This document shows positions 55,101 to 62,105 of a stretch of 62,105 bases of DNA, in pieces; within the stretch, counting starts at the first letter, position 1, and the number at the start of each line of letters is the position of its first letter. The position numbers were made by a program, and so were the translations under genes. The notes beneath the pieces were generated by a model. It did not search any database and had not been told where the DNA came from. It worked only from the letters and a program-made list of their open reading frames with translations. Source of the stretch: Thecamonas trahens ATCC 50062 (taxonomy: Eukaryota > Protista > Apusomonadida); the NCBI RefSeq assembly GCF_000142905.1, contig NW_013657608.1:20337-82441 (forward strand). The letters run 5' to 3'.

Positions 55101-57254
55101 CGCGCCGAGCTGACGGCCAAGACCGAGGAAGCCAACTTGATCCAGGCCGAGCTTGATGCGACACTGAACCGGTGCAGCGAGGCAGAGGCTAGTCTCGAAA
55201 AGTCGCTTCAGGACCAGGCGGCGACGGTGGCCTCCCTCGAGTCTGAGCTCGAGCTGGCCACATCCGAGCAGGCAGCGTCGCTGGCATCGCTCGAGGCAGA
55301 GCTTGCTGAGGCGCGCGCGCAGAACGCTACGCTGCATACCGAAATGAGCGAGTGTGCTCAGCGCGAGGTGGCGGCAACGTCGTCGCTCGCCGAGGCAAAG
55401 ACTGCGCTGAACCAGGCGCGCGCCGATGCCGAAGCCCTCGAGGCGCAGCTCGGCCAAGCGCGTGAGGCACTGGCTGCTGCTGCCTCGCATGCCGAGGCTC
55501 ACGCTGCCGAGCTTGACGCGGCCCGCGCGGAGGCTGCTGCCGCTGCCGCTGACGCCGAAACGCTGGCGACACTGGAGGAGCAGCTTGTGGAGGCCATGCG
55601 TGCTCGTGACGAGGCAATCGAGGCAGTTGCTGCCGCTGCTGACGCGCACGACAACACTGTTCGCGAGCTTGAGCAGGAGCTGCTTGCCGCGCATGCCGAG
55701 GCCGAGGCTGCTGCCGAGGAAGTGACTGAGGTCAAGGCGCAGTTGGTCGAGGCCAACACGTCAATTGAGGAGCTGATGACTCAGATCGAGGAGCTCGACG
55801 GGGTTGAAACTCAGCTGGAGAACGCCAAGGCACACGTGGCCGAGCTCACTGCCATGGCCGACCAGGCCCGAGTCGAGGCCAAGCTCGAGCTGCAGTCAGC
55901 ACGCCGCGAGGCCGGTGTCGCCGAAGCCCGAGTTGAGGAGCTCAACGAGCAAATCCAGACCATGGGCATGGCCGCCATGGAGGATGCCGAGCTTCTGTCC
56001 GAGCTCGAGGAGAAGGTCACGCAGCTGCAGGCAGAAAACGCGCGCTTGGCCGCCTCGGCCCCTCTCGCCGACGAGTACAAGGCGCGGTACGCTGAGGTGG
56101 CGGCAAAGCTCGATGTGGCGACGGCAGCACTCGACGACCTCACAGCCGCTGCCGACGAGCTCGACGCCGCCGATGCGCTTTGTGCCTCGCTGGCCCAAGT
56201 CCTCACCGACAAGCTCGCCGCGGTCGATGCTGAGCGCTCCGAGCTCGCGGCACGAACTGCCGAGATTAACCTCAAGCTCGCGGTGAACAACGAGGCACTG
56301 GACGAGATGCGCGCCGAGGTCCGCGCTGCCAAGGCCACCGCGGCCGACGGTGAAGCTGCTCTCCGCAAGGTTGCCGGCCTGAGTGCCCGACTCAAGGAGG
56401 CGACAGCCAAGGCCGAGTCTGCGTCGGCTGCGGCAGCTAAGCACAGCGCCAAGGCACGCGAGCTTGCCGCAAAGGTGGCTGAGCTCGAGGCAACGCTCAA
56501 GACCGAGACCGCCCATGCGTCAGCGGCCGTGACTGAGGCCCAGACCGAGGCCAAGGCCGCGCGTGCCGCTGCCGGCAAGGCTCAGACGGTGGTGGCCGAG
56601 CTGGAGACTCAGCTGGCCGAGGCCCAGGCCGTGGCTGCACAGCTGCCAGTCAAGGACGCGCAGCTGGCCGCGTCGCGGCGAGAGCTCGCGACGCTACAGG
56701 CTGATCTCGATGAGGTGCGGAACCAGGCCGAGGCGGCAGAGCAGGCCGAGGCGAGCTCGCGGCGGTCACTGGCCAAGGCCAAGGCCTCGCTGGCCAAGAT
56801 GGAGGCCATGGAGCAACGCCTGGCAACGTGCAACGAGGTCATTCACTCGCTCGAGCGCGAGGCTGATCAGCACAAGGCCACGACCCAGGCACAGCTGGAG
56901 GCTTCAGAGTCGCAGATGATCTCACTCGAGCGTTCGCTCAACACCCAGATTGACTCACTCGCTGCCGCGCTCTCCGAAGCCAAGGATGAGAACGTCCAGC
57001 TCGACTCGCAGGTCCGCAAGCTCACGCTGCAGCTCGCTGAGACAGAGACCCAACTTGAACTGTCGGGCATGGCTCCGACGGCATCGGGCGCCAAGGCCTC
57101 GTCTGCCGTCCAGGCCGAGCTCCTTCATCTCAAGGCCGACAACGCAGACAAGGAGTCGGAGCTTCTTCTCCTCCACACTGCCCTGGAGCAGGCGACCGAG
57201 CACATCGAGGAGCTGACCTGCAAGGTGCAGCAGCTCGAGGATGCGCAGGCGTAA
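52119..57254 (+). CDS. 1711-aa coiled-coil protein with a disordered basic N-terminus and internal tandem repeats
   Basis: Uninterrupted ORF with Ala/Glu-rich heptad pattern, no catalytic motif; codon usage matches neighbouring genes. Confidence 0.85.
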   Translation: MQRAPLGALNGTEREPGRVIRRSGRLNRKAREAAIPATPVPAADAAGKGDAQTTPGSGRRMMLATSKTPAKTPLAKAADAVRRQRSRSAKRAASRGPSENRHDGESPIRVLSLSPESEGSRAGGISLSRKTRGGMGLGSALGVGGGCGRCERQKAVITQLKEIRADRDKEIEALKIALINEQEDGKQYQSEWRRIQEEGALLFQTYTSKCNRLKDLVERHDQLKTELAEKEEEIAELTSTNAELDATAELYQEQANEAATQFATVFESYKKLTAEHTKLVTEMAELKEAQASEKSALDELETMRAQYAAVMEQHDELVLQLKMATSAIEHQHRVSADDDMADTGSSSLASHPIFELTYEQEAVVEAALLAYSARKDEAGFDDDVDVEAYAALERRVVELESAHLAQVREIDALEAELSTTRDAVDVDRAALAEAAERETELLTKLEALEAAVAADETHMKLDAAEAKLAELNGETERFAAIRAELEFKIGEQSSEMAALEASQADLLAQIEAADALETELANATARLAEVEAEAEKAAVEAKLQIEAAAARETELRQQLEAANAGATEAEQLAAARSTLEAKVTEQSSEIAALEATQTELMAQIEAAAARETELRQQLEAANAGATEAEQLAAARSTLEAKVTEQSSEIAALEATQAELMAQIEAADALETELANATARLAEVEAEAEKAAVEAKLQIQAAAARETELRQQLEAANAGATEAEQLAAVRSTLEAKVTEQSSEIAALEATQAELMAQIEAADALETELANATAHLAEVEAEAEKAAVEAKLQIEAAAARETELRQQLEAANAGATEAEQLTAVRSSLEAKLAEQADAFDATKRELECLHNEYSEFRLEHEFDAESLRTEVAAAGEQISELQSQITALAEQVAAKDARIAQQQTEIDSAIGDVTELMAQTEAVDALESELANTSARLAEVEAEAEKAAIEAKLKIEQLQLAAASADVVSNLQTQLDSVTAEYSEFRLHNSFEFQELRAELTAKTEEANLIQAELDATLNRCSEAEASLEKSLQDQAATVASLESELELATSEQAASLASLEAELAEARAQNATLHTEMSECAQREVAATSSLAEAKTALNQARADAEALEAQLGQAREALAAAASHAEAHAAELDAARAEAAAAAADAETLATLEEQLVEAMRARDEAIEAVAAAADAHDNTVRELEQELLAAHAEAEAAAEEVTEVKAQLVEANTSIEELMTQIEELDGVETQLENAKAHVAELTAMADQARVEAKLELQSARREAGVAEARVEELNEQIQTMGMAAMEDAELLSELEEKVTQLQAENARLAASAPLADEYKARYAEVAAKLDVATAALDDLTAAADELDAADALCASLAQVLTDKLAAVDAERSELAARTAEINLKLAVNNEALDEMRAEVRAAKATAADGEAALRKVAGLSARLKEATAKAESASAAAAKHSAKARELAAKVAELEATLKTETAHASAAVTEAQTEAKAARAAAGKAQTVVAELETQLAEAQAVAAQLPVKDAQLAASRRELATLQADLDEVRNQAEAAEQAEASSRRSLAKAKASLAKMEAMEQRLATCNEVIHSLEREADQHKATTQAQLEASESQMISLERSLNTQIDSLAAALSEAKDENVQLDSQVRKLTLQLAETETQLELSGMAPTASGAKASSAVQAELLHLKADNADKESELLLLHTALEQATEHIEELTCKVQQLEDAQA
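53589..54617 (+). repeat. Intragenic near-identical repeats (unit starts 53589, 53871, 54048, 54330, 54612; spacings 282, 177, 282, 282 nt)
   Basis: GAGCAGAGCAGCGAGAT anchors recur at in-frame spacings; the last anchor is degenerate. Confidence 0.9.
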
Positions 57255-57332
57255 GCAAAAGTGTCCCCACACATAAATGCACTTGTATTCTGTGCCGTGC
57301 CTCGCCCACTCGTCTTCAGCTTGGCTCAAACC

Positions 57333-59203
57333 ATGCGGTTCGTTGCAGGTGCCTTTCTCGTTGCGGGCATGCTCCTGCTCGCGCTGGCGACACCGACCTC
57401 GGCCGCAGGCTCGAACATAGTGTCCACAACATACGGCAAGGTCGAGGGCTACACCGCCAAGGTACGTGTCTTTCTCGAGACGGCTCACTCCGCGAGCACG
57501 TGCCCTGTCCTTGCCGGCATGGGTGGGCGAGTGGTGGAGGCTGCGAGGCATTAGTCGGGCAACACGAGTTCTATTTTTTCTGCGACCTTTTTGGTATATT
57601 TCCGCCCCCGCCGATGCTCTTGGCCTCCTTATCTGCATGATGTGGGTTGGATCTTACTTACTCTGCCGAGCGTGGGGTTGGTGGGGGACAGGGCGCGCGG
57701 GTTTGGCGTGGGATTCCGTTTGCAGCGCCGCCTGTGGGCAAGGATCGGTTTGCGCCGCCGCAGCAGCCACAAACCTGGTCGGGAGTTCGCGAGGCCAAGG
57801 TCGATGGGCCGATGTGTCCTCAGGCCGAGGCCCTGGGCAAGTTTGTGATCGGCTCCGAGGACTGCCTCAACCTCAATGTGTTTGCGCCAGAAGGTGCGGA
57901 TGCGTCGTCGGGACTCCCGGTCATGTTCTGGATCTTTGGCGGCGGCTGGGTGGTCGGCTCGAACAACCAGCAGGGCCTGTACGATGGCAAGAATCTGGCG
58001 GCCAAGCACAACGTGGTGGTGGTGACGGTCAACTACCGACTCTCTGCTCTTGGCTTTCTCGCGCTTGATTCGCTGCGAAGCGAGAGCAACACCACCGGCA
58101 ACTACGCGCTGCAGGACCAGCGGGCCGGTATGGTCTGGGTGCAGGAGAACATCCGGGCGTTTGGTGGCGATCCGGACAAGGTCATGATCTTTGGCGAGTC
58201 GGCCGGCGCGTTCTCGACCTGCTGGCACCTGGCGTCGCCAGCGTCCAAGGGCCTCTTCCGCGCCGCGCTCGTCATTTCCGGCACGTGCGACTCGCCGATC
58301 TTCTTCCGGTCGTGGGAGCGGTCGGTGGCGTGGTCGGTCGAGTACGCCAACAGGCTCGGCTGCTCCGGCCCGGACTCGCCGGCGCTGGTCGACTGCCTGC
58401 GCTCGCTCTCCACTGCTCAGGTGCTGAGCGGGCGGGTGTTTGAAGACGCCGGCAGCGAGACGGGCGCCAGTGAGGACATCGACCCGCTCCTCTCGCCCAT
58501 CATGCCGTGGGCCGCAGCCATCGATGGCACCGAGGCCGGCATGAAGGTCACGCCGCTAGATTCGATCAAGGCCGGGTCGCTCAACAAGGTGCCGACCATC
58601 ATGGGGACGAACAACAACGAGGGCACGATCTTTGTGCCGATGCTCGCAGCCATTGCCAAAGTCGATCTTCCGCTCAACCACGATACGGCATCGGCGGTCC
58701 TGCAGCGGTTCTTCAACGCGTCGACGGTCGATGCCATTTGGGAGCTCTACCCTCTGGAGAACTACCACAACTCGTACGACGAGGCCGCCGCGTTTGTCCT
58801 CCGCGACTACTTTTTCGTCTGCGCTGAGCGGCGGGCTCTGCACGCCATGGCTGCACAGGCCATCGACGTCTGGTCGTACCGGTTCCTTTTCAATGACGGC
58901 AACCCTCTGTTCCCCATCTTTGGCTCGACTCACGCCTCGGGCCTCCGGCTCATCTTTGACAACACCTTCTACCAGCCGTGGACAAAGCGCGACACGCTGA
59001 TGGCAAACCAGCTTGGTGGCTACTACTCGGCGCTCGCCCGCGGCCTCGATCCCAACTCGGGCCCGGGTGACCTCCTCCACTGGCCACGCTACAACATCTC
59101 TGCCGAGCTGAACATGTTCCTCGACGTCCCGTCGTCGGTCGAGGCTCAGTACGATCAGTCAGTCTGTCCGTTCTGGGACAAGGTGACTGTCGACTTTAGG
59201 TGA
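57333..59203 (+). CDS. Secreted type-B carboxylesterase (alpha/beta hydrolase); exons 57333-57461 and 57692-59203
   Basis: Signal peptide; GIPFAAPP, SEDCLNLNV, VNYRL, GNYALQDQ, FGESAG nucleophile, NEG, STHAS; phase-0 GTACGT...ACAG intron. Confidence 0.93.
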
Positions 59204-59409
59204 CACACCCATGTAGTGGCGATATCGGATGATACGGAGATGAATGAATGGAGAAGGGGACAAGGGGAGTCAGAGATTGGATTGGATGGGTTACAACGGG
59301 CGGGCGGGGCGGGGAGGCGGACGGGCGGGCTGCGGTCACTCGGCGGCCACTGCCCGCTACACATCTACATCTCTCTCTCTCTCCTTCTCTCACACTCTCT
59401 GCGTGTGTC

Positions 59410-60014
59410 ATGGCCAACCACCCCGATGAGCGAGTGGAGCATGCCCTCTCACTGCAGCGGGCTCTCCTGACCCGACTTGCACCCAAGAGCGGAGTCCGTG
59501 TCGTCCCGCGTGGCCTCCCTCTCGCCATAGACATGGAGCTTGACGGCGCACTGGGCGCTGCTCTTGCCCACGGCTGGAGCGTGTGGACACAGGGCCGTAC
59601 CTCGTGCACAGCCTGCCAGCTCAAGCAGAGGTATGTCCAGACACAACCGCACTCCCTGTCCGTGATCCCCCTGCCTTGGCCATCCCCCCCTCNNNNNNNN
59701 NNNNNNNNNNNNNNNNNNNNNNNNNNNNNNNNNNNNNNNNNNNNNNNNNNNNNNNNNNNNNNNNNNNNNNNNNNNNNNNNNNNNNNNNNNNNATCCCCCC
59801 CCCCCCCCCCCCCCCCCCCCCCCTTTCCGCTCGGGATGGATGAGCGTCTGTCTCTGCTGCCATCTTTGCCCACTCGGGGGGCCCCGGGAGGGAGGGCATG
59901 GGGCGCATCCTGACTGCCATCTGCGCGGGGATCTGAGCTGGGGTCCTGGCTTGGGTCTGGATCGAGGGTTGGGGCCCGGGGAGAATGGGTGTGGATATGC
60001 GTGTGTGTGGTGTG

Positions 60015-60045
<31 letters not shown>

Positions 60046-60710
60046 TGGTGTGTGTGGCTATGATGGTGATGCTGGCTGGCATGGGCACGGTCATGGGCCT
60101 GGGTGGGTGGGTCAAGGGTTGTACTTACGGGTGTGTGGATGATTGGTGGTGGCGTCGTAGTGATATGGTCAAGGCATGGTTGCCGGGTCCGGTGGTGGTC
60201 GAGGATGGTGAGATCAAGGTGCCTGTGGCGTCGCCGGCCCTGCTCTGCGGCTTGTGTCAGGTGCTGGCGAGCTTGGACAAGACGGTGGCGGTGCTGGCGG
60301 GTGATGATGTCGACGAGGCCAAGAAGCTTGCAGCACATTTTGCGCTAGTGGCGGGCGTGCCCAATGCTGACGCCGAGACCGTGGCGGCGTCGGGCGGCAA
60401 CGAGATGATCGCCACTGTGGCGCGGCTGCAGCAGGCGGTGGACATGGCGTACGCTGCGCGGACTGCATTGCACAGCTGCGTCCGTGACGGTCTGCTGGCG
60501 CCGCCGGTCTGGACCGCGCTCGACAAGAACGTCGCCGACCTCAACGCCAGCGACGTTCTGCCGGCCCTCTTCGGCATCCGCCAGGCCCCGTCCAAGCACG
60601 ATAACGAGCCGGCAACCAAGCGGGCCAAGCGCAGCAGCGGCAAGGGCAAGGGCAAGGGCAAGGGCTCGAGCAAGAAGGGAAAGAGCAAGAAGGGCAAGGC
60701 CAAGGCCTGA
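59410..60710 (+). CDS. Hypothetical protein (CxxC, Lys-rich C-terminal tail); exons 59410-59630 and 60161-60710, possible exon in gap
   Basis: GTATGT donor at 59631 and TAG acceptor at 60160 are phase-compatible; coding-like codon usage; no family recognised. Confidence 0.6.
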
Positions 60711-60788
60711 AGATCAAGTGCGGCGCAGTACATCGGTTGCTTGTTTTAGCGGCGAGGACATTGCCAGTTCCTTGTGCTCAGCACCACG

Positions 60789-61997
60789 TCATGCGCTCTC
60801 CCGCATCCAGGCTACAAACTCGTCAAAGAGGACCGGCCAGGCCGAGTCGGCCGAGTAGACGTCGTCGATCGAGGCTGCAGTGGAGAGGAGCTCGTAAAAG
60901 TCGACAAAGAGCGCCCACTGATCAGCATTGATGACTCGGTACGAGCAGGCTGGGGAGTGGAGAAAGGCCTCAAAGGCGTCAAGGAGCCCACTCTCGCCCG
61001 CGCCCGGCGCCAGCAGCAACCGCCACATCGAGCACGCCATGTCTTTGGAGACCGACTTTTGCCCCGGCCGCGTCATGTACTCGAACGCGTAGCGGTAGAG
61101 CGCCCGAAGCGAGTCATCGTCGCCGGCCACCCGCTCGACAATCGAGTTGACAAAGGTGTTGAGCGAGTCGAGCGACGCCACATCGTGCTGCGAGAGCGTC
61201 ATCCACTCGTCCTGCGCAAAGTAGCCCATCAGTGCCGCGTTGACGATCCAAGCCAGCGCGAGCAGGTGTACCGATTCGACATTCCATCCGAGCGCCTGGC
61301 AGAGCTCGTACACGCCCTCGGGTCCGATCACGGTCGAGTCGAGTGGGTCTGCAAACTGGTCAAACACTGCAGCGAGCTTCCACGGCGAGAAGACAGCCTC
61401 GGGCGCGGCCATCGACAGCGCGGCCATCCCCACCGCCATCTCGCGGGCTATGGCGTCACGCTCGACCAGCGACACCGCTGCTGCCACTGACGACGGCGAT
61501 GCATCCATGGCCTGTAGGTTTCGCATGCTTGCGGCCTCGTGCGCCATCAAGGCCGCCACCCCTTCACGCCGGCGCCCCGATCCACCGCCCGCCGACCTTG
61601 CCGCAGCATAAACAGAGCCGGCTCCGCCGCCTCCCAACGACCTCCGCTCACCAAACATGCTCTGTGCCGCCGCCTCTGGCGTGGGCGATGCCGTGGCCGA
61701 CTCGGGCGGCGAGGGATGCGAGCGGTACGAGGCGGCGACCGAGGCGGCGAGGAACTTGCGTCGCTTGGGAGAGGGATGGAGGGCATGGCGGGCATGGGTG
61801 TAGCGGACAACCGAGCCGATATCGATGCTACCACTAGCTGTCCTTGTCTCTGTCTCTTCCAATGACCTGTGGCCTCTTCCTCCTTCTTGTCCTGCTTGTC
61901 GTCCTACGGCCGGTGGTGGTCGTGGCGGGAGGAGGGGACCTTCCCCACAGCCGGACGAGACCACCATGTCAGCCACGCCCTGGCTGCTCTGCGACAT
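60789..61997 (-). CDS. DCN1-like cullin neddylation E3 (PONY domain, DCUN1D4/5-like); start uncertain
   Basis: IGPEG...LC..LG, LALAW..NA..MGYF..DEW, LYRYAFEY, QKSV, INADQW, SAWPVLFDEFV.W. Confidence 0.88.
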   Translation of the reverse strand: MSQSSQGVADMVVSSGCGEGPLLPPRPPPAVGRQAGQEGGRGHRSLEETETRTASGSIDIGSVVRYTHARHALHPSPKRRKFLAASVAASYRSHPSPPESATASPTPEAAAQSMFGERRSLGGGGAGSVYAAARSAGGGSGRRREGVAALMAHEAASMRNLQAMDASPSSVAAAVSLVERDAIAREMAVGMAALSMAAPEAVFSPWKLAAVFDQFADPLDSTVIGPEGVYELCQALGWNVESVHLLALAWIVNAALMGYFAQDEWMTLSQHDVASLDSLNTFVNSIVERVAGDDDSLRALYRYAFEYMTRPGQKSVSKDMACSMWRLLLAPGAGESGLLDAFEAFLHSPACSYRVINADQWALFVDFYELLSTAASIDDVYSADSAWPVLFDEFVAWMRESA

Positions 61998-62105
61998 ACC
62001 CAACCAGAGCAGGGAGAGAGAAGGAGAGAGAGAGAGGGAGAGAGAGAGAGTGTGTGTGTATGTGATGTGGAGGGAGGAGGAAGGGGGAGCGCGAGAGTAG
62101 AACGT

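Overview
GC-rich, gene-dense eukaryotic genomic DNA, not prokaryotic. It has spliceosomal GT-AG introns, SF3B2/SF3B3, CSN5, a BET-type bromodomain gene and ciliary B9D2. The compact, intron-poor layout with G/C-homopolymer assembly gaps suggests a free-living flagellated protist. An apusomonad such as Thecamonas trahens is my guess (inference only). I identify about 27 protein-coding genes with 0-1 visible, usually 5'-proximal introns, one solitary 5S rRNA gene (11409-11527, minus), a 29-bp palindromic minisatellite and several microsatellites. There is no CRISPR array, tRNA or recognisable mobile element. Most notable: (i) introns share a GTACG donor and a non-canonical ACTYAC branch-like motif, sometimes followed by a long AG-free zone; (ii) a large TPR protein with an apparently catalytically dead DUF294/GlnD-like nucleotidyltransferase fold interrupted by a FYVE finger; (iii) a membrane protein resembling coral skeletal aspartic-acid-rich proteins; (iv) a frame break in an F-box/WD40 gene that is either a homopolymer error or a 17-nt intron. 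All family calls come from motif recognition by eye; no searches were run.
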